DNA from: Candidatus Latescibacterota bacterium | GTDB taxonomy: Bacteria; Latescibacterota; UBA2968 | Reading direction: 5' to 3' | DNA: 64,000 nucleotides | Assembly: GCA_965204745.1 (NCBI GenBank) | Contig: OZ242010.1 | Coordinates: forward strand, 4,384,001-4,448,000 | Part shown: positions 44,075 through 53,971 of the stretch, in pieces | How the letters are laid out: each line of letters begins with the position of its first letter | Numbering within the stretch: the first letter of the stretch is position 1 | The notes under the pieces: generated by a model | The model's database searches: none | What the model saw: only the letters and a program-made list of their open reading frames with translations | What the model was told of the DNA's origin: nothing | Made by a program: the position numbers and the translations under genes

Positions 44075-45187
44075 CTACACATAGCGCCGAGGGAGGCGCG
44101 TGCCGAGTTGGGCGATGACTTCGTGGGAAATGCAGTTTGCCCAGTGCGCGAGGTCGTCCACTGTGATTTTGCGGTCGCCCTGTGGTCCGAGCAGAACGAC
44201 TTCTTCGCCCACGCGAACGGATGGTAGGTCCGTGACGTCGATGAGGATCATGTCCATGCAAACCGCGCCGACTACCGGGCAGGGGGTGCCGCGGATGAGG
44301 ACATGGGCGTTGTTGGACAGGCCGCGGCTGTATCCATCGGCATAGCCCAACGGTACGAGGGCGATGCGAGAGGGGCGCGCAACCGCGTACGTGCCGCCAT
44401 AGCTGAGGGTTTGACCGGGCGCGAAATCTCGCACCTGCGCGATGCGTGCTTTGAGGGACAGCGCGGGCAAAAGCGCGAGGTTTCCCGCACCTCGAGAAGG
44501 GGGAACGCCATACGCGAGCAGCCCCACGCGCACGAGGTCAAAATGCGATTCGGGCAGGTGAACGGTCATCGCGCTGTTGGCGGCGTGCCGCCATCGGATC
44601 GACAGGTGGGCGAGTTTGGATGTGCAGGCGACGAAGGTTTTGATCTGATGCCGCGCTTTGTCCATATCTTCTGCGCGTTCCCACGCCACATGCGTTGCGA
44701 TGCCCTCAAAAAACAAGTGGGGATCTGTAGCGATTTTTTTTGCGAGACCGAGGGCGTCGTCAGGGGACAGGCCGACGCGCCCCATGCCGGTATCGACTTT
44801 GAGATGAACCCGCGCTCTCGTGTTGCGGCGGTTGGCAGCGGTTGCTAGGGCGCGAATCGCATCGCCGCCGCCGATGGTTTGCGACAGGTTGTGGGCGATG
44901 AGGCATTCGGCCTGTTCGGGCAAAGCCGGGGCGAGCACGACAACCGGTGCGCGAATCCCGGCCTTGCGAAGGGCAATCCCCTCTTGCAACAGGGCAACGC
45001 CCAAAGCAGACGCGCCACCTTTGAGGGCCGCTTTGGCAACGGGTATCAGGCCATGCCCATACGCATTGGCTTTGACGACGGTCAGGACCTCGGTCGCTGG
45101 CGAGACGTACTGCCGCACAGCAGAGATATTGGCGACAATGGCCGACAGATCGACTTCGATCCAGGCGGGACGGTGGGGTTGGAGCAT
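44075..45187 (-). CDS. alr: Alanine racemase
   Basis: VVKANAYGHG, HLKVDTGMGRVG, ANSA, GYADG, VCMDM. Confidence 0.97.
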   Translation of the reverse strand: MLQPHRPAWIEVDLSAIVANISAVRQYVSPATEVLTVVKANAYGHGLIPVAKAALKGGASALGVALLQEGIALRKAGIRAPVVVLAPALPEQAECLIAHNLSQTIGGGDAIRALATAANRRNTRARVHLKVDTGMGRVGLSPDDALGLAKKIATDPHLFFEGIATHVAWERAEDMDKARHQIKTFVACTSKLAHLSIRWRHAANSAMTVHLPESHFDLVRVGLLAYGVPPSRGAGNLALLPALSLKARIAQVRDFAPGQTLSYGGTYAVARPSRIALVPLGYADGYSRGLSNNAHVLIRGTPCPVVGAVCMDMILIDVTDLPSVRVGEEVVLLGPQGDRKITVDDLAHWANCISHEVIAQLGTRLPRRYV

Positions 45188-45256
45188 TTAGAACACCTAA
45201 AAATAAAGTTGGGAACTCGCCACAATGCAAAGTTAATAACCTTGCCGAAACCGATA

Positions 45257-48200
45257 CTATCCCAGCCGCTCAGCAAGGGCTTTAAGTGGAAATCCATCGT
45301 TTTCCCATACGAAACTGGCAACGCGAATCCGCGCTGTGCCCGATAAGACGACTTCCAATTGAACGCCCGAGGACTCAGCGGCTGTAATTTCGTCCCGTAA
45401 TTCCTCAAATCCGTCGAGATCATCGCACAACTGATCTACGCGGCCCCCGATATTTTCTACGAACCACATATTGTCCCGGACAGTATCCAAGTCTGGCTTA
45501 ACATCTTCTACCGGGACGACGCAGAGTAAAAATCTGTCTCTCTGTTCCACAGCTTTTCTCGCCTGAGTAGCTGTCATTCGGACTTCTTGGCCTCGCGTAG
45601 CCTTTACCTCAACCAGCCAGCTTTGATTTTCTCGCTCCACTTTGATACCCATTTCCTTCTCGTTTTCAACCGAATCGTGCTCAATCTCGAAGTCCGATCC
45701 AATCGGCTCTCGCTTTACGGCGAAACCCTCATTTTCGAGACTCTCCCGCACCAACTTTTCTACGAGTTTTCCTAAGCACTGGTTATCCTGTCCTCTTTTC
45801 TTTTTTCTTTCGCGAGCTTTGATATCCTCGCGTACCTGGTTGAGGTAATTTATATCCCCGCCAGCCGTAGCAAGTATATCGTTGAATGCGTTCTCCAATT
45901 CTTGGCGATTTTCAGAATTTTCCGCGACAAATTCTAGTGTCAAATTAAACGGTGCCACACCGATTGCTTTTAACAATTTGATAGCTCTTTTGCTCAGAGA
46001 GCTAGCTTCCCATCCATTGTCCCGAAGCAGATCAGCAAGAGACTCGGCTGTCGCACCAGTGCGTGCGTCGTTCTTTAACCGAATCCAAGGGTTTTCTCGC
46101 AATGGCTTAAGCCACAAAGCTTGGTAATATCTATGTTCATCCTCACACTCACATTCAGCCATCTTGAGATCTAGACATCCAATATCTTTTTTGATAACCC
46201 ACTTGGTAAGAAAGCACCAAAATAGGAAAGCGCGGTCTCGACTGTCTCGAACTCGATTCATGATTTCCCCGCGATACACAATATCTTTCACGAGAACAGG
46301 ATCAACAGTTCTATGCTCTCCATCAACTAAAGGCTCGTCTAGAAGGAACTCGTTGAAATTCATTGACGCTGTGTTGGTGGTTATCACATCCGTTCTAATA
46401 AAACCGTGCTCATTAAGCATCTGCCATGTGTCTGGGCTAGGCACTTGCTCAAAGAAAGCGTCTGACAAGATGCGAGTCGGCGGAAAAAGATCGGAGAATT
46501 CCTGAAGGGCTTGTGACCAGGCCCTAACAGGGGCCAATAGACGGTCATTATCTTGGGCATCTCGCGGAAGATAAAGGACTTTCAGGCTACCAGAACCGTC
46601 TTCTTTTTTGAACACAGGAAACCCACGCAAACGGTTCCAATCTTCTTGACCGACAATCCACTTAAAAAGACGCACACTTGCTTGCACGAATTTGTCATCT
46701 GGATCATCCTCATCGCGTTCATTGATCTTTGAAATTATATTTTGAACGACATATTCGTCATTCCAATCTCCCTTACCTACTTCATTGTCAAGAAAAGAAA
46801 GTCGCGTGTCGCGAAGTTTCTGTCGAACTTTCCAGCCGAGCAACTCCGCAATATCTTTCAATTCTTCATCTATACCTTGATCGCAGTGCAGGTTAGATAG
46901 CTTGTCAAGAAAGCCATCTTGATCGAGGACAATGTGATATTCACTTACCTCCTCACGCAAGCCATCTTTGTTCAAAAAGTCGTGTAATCGATTCAGCCAT
47001 TCAACTGCTTCAATATCCTCATCCTCTCGTAGCAGATTCCGCAGGTCTTCAATCTTGCCGCAGTTTCCATTTTTATGCGTCTTTTCCTCAATATTTGACA
47101 CCAATTTTTTGCCATCCATTGCCTCACCGAACAAAGACATCGGCTTACCATCCTGCACAACCGCCCAACTTTTGAGGGCATCCCACCACCCGATAGCCTC
47201 GCTCTCTCTCGGTAACTTTTGTCGATATTCTTCCAGTTCGCCTAACAAGTCCCAAAGAGCCTTCACATCTGTGCCTTGTTCAGCGAAGGGCAAGATCGAT
47301 TCCTTCGGAGTTATTGGATCGAGTTCGCAAAGAACCGCAGGCGTTTGGCGAACCTTTCCAATGAACTGATCTTCAAGGGTTCCTTGAAGCCATTCTCTGT
47401 TTAGCCAGTCCGGTTCAGGGATGGCAGGAACATTCGCCAACTCGTACACATTTCGATAGCCCGATTCCGCCGCGAATTGGACCAGTTCAACGAGTAACCC
47501 ACAGGCTTCTTTGATAACCGCCTCGTTTTCACGATTCGCCTCGTTTTCAGCCTGTCCAAGAAACACGCCATCGCGGTGTTCCGTTGGGGTAAATTCAAAA
47601 CTGTTGATGACAGCGGGGAAGCTAAAATTCTCAGTGCCTATCAGGGGAAAACCCAAGAAAAGCCTTGGCGTGTTGTTGATAGGCATAAGTGTCTTGCTAC
47701 CGTCGCTCTTTGGTTCCAGGGCAACAGCGACAGATGTCTTCTCACCCTTTGATAGGAGGTACACCTTATCCTCCTGATTTCCATTTCTATTCTTGGACAC
47801 CGTGATTTCTTGCAAGCCATCTCGCGATAGCGATGCGCGCTCAGTCACTTCAAAACTCGTAGTTTCGTCAGGCGATTTGAGGTCTTTGAGGTCAATGCGC
47901 GAAAATTCCTCGTTAAAAGCAACTACGAATGGAGCGCATTTTTTGAGCATTGCGATGCCTTTCGCGACCACATCATCGGCGCGATCCTCGATAGGATATC
48001 GAAACCGGGTAGGCAATTTGTCCGAAGTTGGTGCAGACCACGACTCGTTGAAATCAGCCCATGCTCGATTCATTGACTCGCTGAGTGCTTCAACTGAACC
48101 GACTTCTCGCGTCAGGGCAAATTTGAAAGATTGTTCATTGTCGAGTTGACCCGATATATCAATTGTCGGCGACAGCAGGTGCGTCGTGAGAAAGCCGCTA

Positions 48201-48511
48201 CCGTACCGTCCAAGCGTCCCCTCATCCTCAATTTTTGTCGATCCGTGGTAGATGAGATGGGCTACATCGTCCATTTTGAACTCGTCCCCATTGTGCTGAA
48301 AAGTAATTTCTCCAGGGCCGAACTCAATAGAGACAGAGGTAGCTTTAGTATCCCGTGCGTTTTGCAAGAGTTCCCAAATCCACCGAGTACGCATACGTGC
48401 GCGATGCGATTCCTGTGTCTTGAGGTTATTGAGAACTCCCTGCGCCGTGTTTTCGGTGAGTACCCGATTCTTGATTGCGTCGGGTTCTTCAATGTGGTTT
48501 TCCTGAGTCAT
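45257..48511 (-). CDS. GHKL (sacsin/NOV-like) ATPase fused to a C-terminal DUF3883-like PD-(D/E)XK nuclease; putative defence protein
   Basis: WELLQNARD, HNG, GRYGSGF at the N-terminus; GSDFEI...VEVKAT...MTATQ at the C-terminus; lower GC than its neighbours. Confidence 0.8.
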   Translation of the reverse strand: MTQENHIEEPDAIKNRVLTENTAQGVLNNLKTQESHRARMRTRWIWELLQNARDTKATSVSIEFGPGEITFQHNGDEFKMDDVAHLIYHGSTKIEDEGTLGRYGSGFLTTHLLSPTIDISGQLDNEQSFKFALTREVGSVEALSESMNRAWADFNESWSAPTSDKLPTRFRYPIEDRADDVVAKGIAMLKKCAPFVVAFNEEFSRIDLKDLKSPDETTSFEVTERASLSRDGLQEITVSKNRNGNQEDKVYLLSKGEKTSVAVALEPKSDGSKTLMPINNTPRLFLGFPLIGTENFSFPAVINSFEFTPTEHRDGVFLGQAENEANRENEAVIKEACGLLVELVQFAAESGYRNVYELANVPAIPEPDWLNREWLQGTLEDQFIGKVRQTPAVLCELDPITPKESILPFAEQGTDVKALWDLLGELEEYRQKLPRESEAIGWWDALKSWAVVQDGKPMSLFGEAMDGKKLVSNIEEKTHKNGNCGKIEDLRNLLREDEDIEAVEWLNRLHDFLNKDGLREEVSEYHIVLDQDGFLDKLSNLHCDQGIDEELKDIAELLGWKVRQKLRDTRLSFLDNEVGKGDWNDEYVVQNIISKINERDEDDPDDKFVQASVRLFKWIVGQEDWNRLRGFPVFKKEDGSGSLKVLYLPRDAQDNDRLLAPVRAWSQALQEFSDLFPPTRILSDAFFEQVPSPDTWQMLNEHGFIRTDVITTNTASMNFNEFLLDEPLVDGEHRTVDPVLVKDIVYRGEIMNRVRDSRDRAFLFWCFLTKWVIKKDIGCLDLKMAECECEDEHRYYQALWLKPLRENPWIRLKNDARTGATAESLADLLRDNGWEASSLSKRAIKLLKAIGVAPFNLTLEFVAENSENRQELENAFNDILATAGGDINYLNQVREDIKARERKKKRGQDNQCLGKLVEKLVRESLENEGFAVKREPIGSDFEIEHDSVENEKEMGIKVERENQSWLVEVKATRGQEVRMTATQARKAVEQRDRFLLCVVPVEDVKPDLDTVRDNMWFVENIGGRVDQLCDDLDGFEELRDEITAAESSGVQLEVVLSGTARIRVASFVWENDGFPLKALAERLG

Positions 48512-48651
48512 AATTGCTCCTCAATGCAGGGGTTGGGAGTGAATGTGGTTCCAAGGTTGAACAGGGCCGGCGTTCTGAAGTCAACATTGTATTGACGAGC
48601 CAGTTCGGTTTTGGCGTGTTGAATTTCGCCATTTACCGTTCCGCGCAGATA
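48508..48651 (-). pseudogene. Start-less C-terminal remnant of a former upstream partner gene
   Basis: YLRGTVNGEIQHAKTELARQYNVDFRTPALFNLGTTFTPNPCIEEQL*; its TGA overlaps the ATG of the GHKL gene and it begins at the sbcC stop. Confidence 0.4.
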
Positions 48652-48653
48652 AA

Positions 48654-51600
48654 CTAGTAGAGCACCTCAAAGCGCGACCCCTGATCCGGATATTTGGTGA
48701 CTTCGATCCGCACGGGAAATGCCTGTTTGAGCGATTCGACGTGGGTGATGATCAGGATTTTTTCAAAATCGCTGCTGATGGCCTGAATGGCTTCTACGAG
48801 GTGGTCGAGACCTTCGGCGTCTTGCGTGCCAAATCCCTCGTCGATGACCAGCGTACGCAGGCGCGTGCCCGTGCGGCGAGCCAAGAGTTTGGACAGGGCA
48901 ATGCGAATGGAAAAGTCGATGCGAAAGGCTTCCCCGCCCGAATAGAGCTCGTAATTGCGTTCCCCGAGTTCGTCGCTGATTTTGATGTCCAGGGTTTCGC
49001 TCGTGCCCCCGGTTTTGAGGTCGCGCAGGGATTCGAGGGCGATTTGCGTGCGGTTATCCGTGAGCCGGGCGAGAATGCGATTGGCTTCTTCCTCGAGTTC
49101 CGGAATGGCCTGTTCGATGATGAGTGCTTGAATGCCGTCTTTGCCAAATGCCGTGATCAGTTCTCGGTAGATGCGAATGTCGCGGTTGCTCGAGTTGATT
49201 TCTTTCTTCACCGCGTCCTGTTCTGCGCGCAGGGAATCGCAGTGTTCGATCTGCGATTGCAGGGCCGCGTGTCGCTGGAGCAGGTGATCGCGTTTGGCCC
49301 CCAACGCCGCGATGGTTTTCTCTATCGCGTCGGCTTCTTTGAGGGCGGCTTCGGCGCGGGTGATGGCTTCGGCGAGTTCTGCCAAACGCCGTTGGGTCTG
49401 CCCGTGGCGGGCCGTGAGATGCGTCAGGCGGTCCGCGGCCGCGGCGAGGCGCGCTTGGGCGTTTTCACAATCGCGTTGCGCGCTTTGAAGGCGTTCGTAC
49501 TGCGCGGGCGCGTCGCCCAAGTCCGCGAGTTGCTGCGCGAGTTGTCGGTGGTGTTCGGCGTCGTAATTCAGGGCGCGGATGCGACTTTGCACTTGTTCGC
49601 GCTCTTGTTGTTCGTTGGGCGCGTATTTTTTGTCTGTGAGCCACTGCTGTGCGAGGTCGCGTTTTTGGCGGGACTCGGGCAGTTCCGCGAGGATTTTTTC
49701 CCGGCGTTCTCGGGCCACTTGGAGTTGGGCATTGCGCCCTTCAACCGATTCGAGGGCTTTGAGTTTTTCGCGCAGGGTGCGGTGTTCGGCCGGGTCGTAG
49801 GCGAGGTTTTCCAACGCGCTTCGGGCATCGGACAGGGCGCGCGCTTCCGCGCTGTTTTCGGTTTGCTCGCGCAACTGGGCTTTGAGGTCGGCAAGGCGCG
49901 CGGTCAGGGTCTCGCGGGTTTGCGCGGCGCGTTCCGCTTCTTTGACCGCGGCTTCGGCTTGGGCCAAGGGTTGGGCCGCGTCTTCGGTTTGGGCGAGTTG
50001 GTTTTTGAGGTCTTGATAGTCGCGCCGATATCGCTCGCGTTGGGCTTCGGCTTTTTGAATCGTCGATTCCAACCGCGCGATTTGTGCGTGCTGGTCGCGC
50101 AACTGGTTCGAGAGTTTTGCCGATGCTTCTGCGCGGTGGGCCTGGTCGAGGTCGCTGCCGCACAACGGGCAGGACGCATCCCGAACACTTTGCAGGGTTT
50201 GCCGCTGTTGGGCGATGTCCGCATGGGTTTGGCGCAGGGTTTCGAGGCGGTCCGAATCGGTTTTGAGCTGGATGTTGAGGGCATTGCCCTGGTTGCGAAT
50301 CTCGGTGCATCGGGCTTCGAGGGCTTGGATGTGCTCGGCGCGTGCGCTGAGTTTTTGTCGCGTTTCCCTGCGGGCCTCCAGGTCGGATGCGACCGCGTCT
50401 GTCTGTTGCAACTGTTGCGCGCAGGTGTTGATGGACACTTGCAGGTCTGCACGGGTGCTTTCGAGTTGCCGCTCGAGGTCGCGAATGCTGCGCTCGGCGT
50501 GCGCTCGGTTTTCGCGCAGGGCTTCCCAGTCGCGGTCCTGTTTTCGGGCGCGGTGCAATGCCTCGACCTGCGCTTGGATGGTCTGGCGATCTGCCAACAG
50601 GGTTTCGGTTTCGCGCAACTCGGTTTCGGCGCGCTCAACGCGCACTTCCCATTCGCCCAAGCGGCGTTCCACCTCGTGACGCTGGTCCGCGATTTTTTGA
50701 TCGAGTTCTGTTGCGCGGTGTTCGAGTGGGCGCAAGGCGTGGAATTTTTTCTGCAAGTCCGCGTCTTCTCGTTGCACCGCGCGGTGGTTTTCGACTGCGC
50801 TCGTGATCGCGTCTCGCTCGTCGAGGATGGCGCGGTAGGTCGCCACGTCTTTTTCCACGGTTTCGCGCTCGGCACGGGTTTCCCGCATGTCGGCTTCAAG
50901 GCGCGATGCGTCCGCTTGCAGGGCGTCGCGCTCGGCGCGATGGCGTTCGCGCTGCGTGCGTATTTCTCGCAGGGCGTCGCTACGTTCTGCCGCGCTTGCC
51001 AGGTCGCGTTCCACTTCGCTGCGTCGGGTTTCGATCTCGTCGCGCCGCGCCACAAATTCGCCGCGCTTTTCAACCGTCTGCGCGATGGCGTCCGCCTTGG
51101 CTTGGGCCGTGGCGCGTGCGATATCGCGTTCTCGCATGCGTTCTCGCGCTCGGGCAACCAGGGCGTCATAGTGCGACAAGCCCAAGATATCCGAGAGCAG
51201 GGCCTTGCGCTGGCTCGCTTTGCAGCGCGTAAATTCGTCTGCGCGGCCCTGAAGCAGGAACGCCGAGTTGATGAAGGTCGGATAGGTCATGCACAACAGG
51301 GCATCGATCCGCGCTTGGGTTTTGCGAACCGCATCTCCTTCCGAGAGCGCTTTGTACCCGCCGATTTCCGGAGAGAAAATTTGCAACTCGAGGCGCGTGG
51401 TCGCGCTTTTCCCGGTCTTGCGAAAACTGCGGGTGACGCGATACCGGTCGTCTTCGAGGCGAAATTCAAAATCGACCCGCATTTCCGTGGCGCCAATTCG
51501 CAACAAGCCGTCGTTGGGGAAGCGGTCGCGCCCGGCTTTGCGGGCTTCGCCCCACAGCGCCCATGTGATCGCGTCGAGCAAGGCGGATTTGCCGTGCCCA

Positions 51601-51704
51601 TTGCGCCCGGAGATGCAGGCGACGTGAAAGCCCGAAAAATCCAAGGGGGGCACGTTTTCGCCATAGCTGAGGAAGTTTTGGAGGGAAAGGCCGATGGGAA
51701 TCAT
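48654..51704 (-). CDS. sbcC: SbcC/Rad50-like SMC ATPase
   Basis: LQNFLSY, Walker A GRNGHGKS, zinc hook CPLCG, YSGGE, IDEGFG, IITH; ATGA overlap with sbcD. Confidence 0.93.
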   Translation of the reverse strand: MIPIGLSLQNFLSYGENVPPLDFSGFHVACISGRNGHGKSALLDAITWALWGEARKAGRDRFPNDGLLRIGATEMRVDFEFRLEDDRYRVTRSFRKTGKSATTRLELQIFSPEIGGYKALSEGDAVRKTQARIDALLCMTYPTFINSAFLLQGRADEFTRCKASQRKALLSDILGLSHYDALVARARERMRERDIARATAQAKADAIAQTVEKRGEFVARRDEIETRRSEVERDLASAAERSDALREIRTQRERHRAERDALQADASRLEADMRETRAERETVEKDVATYRAILDERDAITSAVENHRAVQREDADLQKKFHALRPLEHRATELDQKIADQRHEVERRLGEWEVRVERAETELRETETLLADRQTIQAQVEALHRARKQDRDWEALRENRAHAERSIRDLERQLESTRADLQVSINTCAQQLQQTDAVASDLEARRETRQKLSARAEHIQALEARCTEIRNQGNALNIQLKTDSDRLETLRQTHADIAQQRQTLQSVRDASCPLCGSDLDQAHRAEASAKLSNQLRDQHAQIARLESTIQKAEAQRERYRRDYQDLKNQLAQTEDAAQPLAQAEAAVKEAERAAQTRETLTARLADLKAQLREQTENSAEARALSDARSALENLAYDPAEHRTLREKLKALESVEGRNAQLQVARERREKILAELPESRQKRDLAQQWLTDKKYAPNEQQEREQVQSRIRALNYDAEHHRQLAQQLADLGDAPAQYERLQSAQRDCENAQARLAAAADRLTHLTARHGQTQRRLAELAEAITRAEAALKEADAIEKTIAALGAKRDHLLQRHAALQSQIEHCDSLRAEQDAVKKEINSSNRDIRIYRELITAFGKDGIQALIIEQAIPELEEEANRILARLTDNRTQIALESLRDLKTGGTSETLDIKISDELGERNYELYSGGEAFRIDFSIRIALSKLLARRTGTRLRTLVIDEGFGTQDAEGLDHLVEAIQAISSDFEKILIITHVESLKQAFPVRIEVTKYPDQGSRFEVLY

Positions 51705-52969
51705 TCGCCACCTCTCAATTCGGCTTCGAGTTGCGCGCCGTAATGCCGAAGGTCTTTTTCGATGTCCGCGAGTTCCGGGCGGTTTTCCAAGTACGCCCGC
51801 AGCGCGTCTTGAACGCCCATATTTTCCGAAATGCCGGCCCTGCGCTGGATTTTTTGGACATGGGGCTTGGGCGCGATGCTGGCGATCATAAACGCGCCTT
51901 CGAGTGCTCTTTTTACGGCGTTGAGATCGACCGTATCCGCGTGGTTGTCCCCCAGATCGTAGATCACGCGCACGATGGCGTCGGTCAAGGTGTGTTCGCC
52001 AATGGCGTCGAGAATGGCCGTCGTCGGGTCTTGGTCCGGCGCGACTTTGACGGCTACCGTGCAAAACGGGCGCGCGGGCGTGCGTACGAATTTGTAAGAC
52101 GTTTCGCGCTTGGGCAGGTGCGCGTCTGCCTCGCTGTCGCGGTCTTCAATGGTGGCGATGACCACGCCCTTGGTCTCTTTTTCCTCGCCAAAGTCGATGC
52201 GGTCAATGCTACCCGAATACACCACGGGGGGACGGGCATTGGCGTTGAGGTCTTGAAATTTGTGGATGTGGCCCAAAGCCACGTAGTCAAAAGCGGGGTT
52301 GGCGAGGGTGCTGGTGAGAAAGACCGGGTCGCGCCCGATGATTGCGGTTTGTTCCGAGCCGGAAAAGGCCGCGTTCGCAGCGGACAGATGGCCCACGAGC
52401 ACTGCGGGAATATCGGGGCGTTCCCGCACGCGGTCTGCTAGGTCTTCGATGATTTGCGCGCCCATGTCTTGCAGTTCTTTGACGATTTCCTCTTGCGACA
52501 AGTTGTGGTAGGGGCCTTTGGCGAGCAGGCGACTGCGGTGCAACCAGGGCAAGCAGGCAATTTGGATGGGACCCGATTTTGTGGAAATGTTGACGATGCG
52601 GTTTTCAGACGCGATGTGAACGCCTTTGATGCCCAAGGTGCCAAAAATATCGACCGATGAGGCTTTGCCATAAGCCACCGGGCTGTCGTGGTTGCCCGTG
52701 ACCATGACCACGGGGATTTCCCGCGCACTGAGCATGCGAATGAGGGATGCAAATTCGCGCTGATGCGTGGGCGTGGGATCGCACGAGCGATAGGCGTCCC
52801 CTGCGAAAATCACGAGATCGACCTCTTCTTTGATCGCTTCTTCAAACGCAAAACGCAGGCTTTTGATAAAGTCCTGCAAGCGCGTGTGAAGCCCGGTGCC
52901 CGAATCGAGCCGACCGTAATTTTCGACGCCGACATGCGTGTCGGCAACGTGCAGAAATTTGATGGACAT
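51701..52969 (-). CDS. sbcD: SbcD/Mre11-like nuclease
   Basis: ADTHVG, AGDAY, GNHD, ALGHIH, YSGS..DFGE. Confidence 0.93.
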   Translation of the reverse strand: MSIKFLHVADTHVGVENYGRLDSGTGLHTRLQDFIKSLRFAFEEAIKEEVDLVIFAGDAYRSCDPTPTHQREFASLIRMLSAREIPVVMVTGNHDSPVAYGKASSVDIFGTLGIKGVHIASENRIVNISTKSGPIQIACLPWLHRSRLLAKGPYHNLSQEEIVKELQDMGAQIIEDLADRVRERPDIPAVLVGHLSAANAAFSGSEQTAIIGRDPVFLTSTLANPAFDYVALGHIHKFQDLNANARPPVVYSGSIDRIDFGEEKETKGVVIATIEDRDSEADAHLPKRETSYKFVRTPARPFCTVAVKVAPDQDPTTAILDAIGEHTLTDAIVRVIYDLGDNHADTVDLNAVKRALEGAFMIASIAPKPHVQKIQRRAGISENMGVQDALRAYLENRPELADIEKDLRHYGAQLEAELRGGE

Positions 52970-53063
52970 AGCGAGAAATCACAAGGTGGAAAAGCGACGA
53001 CTATGGCTGTGGGGAATTTAAGGAAGAACGCGCAAAGTGCAAAGTGAAAATCAGCTATTAGGG

Positions 53064-53650
53064 GTCAGTCCCCACTTGACCCCACCGCCCAAGTAGTCAG
53101 TGGTCAGTCCCCGCCTCGCCGCCCAAAACCGAGACGTGAGACCGTAGGGGCGATGCCCTCGTGCTCGCCCATCCGCCCCGCCGTGTCTGAATCGCGGATT
53201 AAACGGATTAGGGGATTGCGCGGATTACCCCACACCACCCTACCGCAAGCCCTATCCCCCCGGGCCCCGTTATTCGCTTCGCTCATTGTAGGCTACGCCT
53301 GTGCCTACAAGGAAAGGGGGAGCGCATGGCTTTCTTGAAGGGTTGTATCCCTGGCTATTCTGATGGCTTTGGGCGAATGGATCGCGCCATGAAAATGCGA
53401 CCTATCCCCCCGGCCCCCTTTCCTACGAGGAAAGGGGGAGCGCGTGGCTTTCTTGAAGGGTTGTATCCAGGGCTGTTTTGATGGCTTTGGGCGAATGGAT
53501 CACGCCATAGAACCCCAAACCCCCCTCGCGCAATCCTTCGCACAACCTTTCGCCATTCCCCCTTCCTCTTAGGAAGGGGGCCAGGGGGTAGGTCCCCCTC
53601 GCATCCCCCGCCCCATCATCCGTAGGGACAGGCCCCTGTGCCTGTCCTAA
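53064..53650. repeat. Intergenic repeat mosaic: GTCAGT heptamers, GTAGGGGCG and GTAGGGACAGG palindromes, CGGATT repeats and 1.5 copies of the 42734-type element
   Basis: 53399-53602 aligns with 42741-42914; 53251-53395 is a partial tandem copy. Confidence 0.8.
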
Positions 53651-53689
53651 TCGCTTGGCTGACCACCGATCCCATCGTCATTTTACCGC

Positions 53690-53734
53690 TTGACAAACAA
53701 TAGCGCGATACTTTATTTTTTTCATTCACCATTG
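53690..53734 (+). promoter_or_regulatory. Promoter for leader plus G3, with conserved TTCACCATTG box
   Basis: TTGACAAACAA at 53690, AT-rich -10 near 53714, TTCACCATTG at 53725; same elements upstream of G2. Confidence 0.6.
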
Positions 53735-53800
53735 CGATTTTGAACGCGGAGAAAAAGCCGCGCCCGGTCTGTGCGACAGCTTTTGCAAAGGAGGATTCAG

Positions 53801-53971
53801 ATGATCACCGCCATTTTTAGCCGCTGTTTGAACCTCATTTGGCTCGATGTTCCCTCCGCGAAAAGTGGTGTTCATATCGCCCATCCTCGTCTTGGGACGT
53901 GGTTCTATTTTATTGCAAAACAGCCTGTTAGGATGATCAGTACATGCCCCTCGAGAGGGGGAACAAAATGA
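53801..53971 (+). CDS. Leader peptide of G3 (56 aa), translationally coupled by ATGA overlap
   Basis: AAGGAGG RBS; MITAIFSRCLNL...RLGTWFYFIAKQPVRMIST; TGA 53969-53971 overlaps ATG 53968. Confidence 0.75.
   Translation: MITAIFSRCLNLIWLDVPSAKSGVHIAHPRLGTWFYFIAKQPVRMISTCPSRGGTK

Noticed and set aside
48741-51743. 1000-aa + strand ORF, and other long antisense ORFs such as 294-1577 and 7362-8576
   Set aside because: They overlap well-supported genes on the opposite strand and show no recognisable motifs
48654-52969. SMC plus nuclease as a Wadjet- or Lamassu-type defence system
   Set aside because: Zinc-hook Rad50-type ATPase with an Mre11-type phosphoesterase and host-like composition indicates ordinary SbcCD
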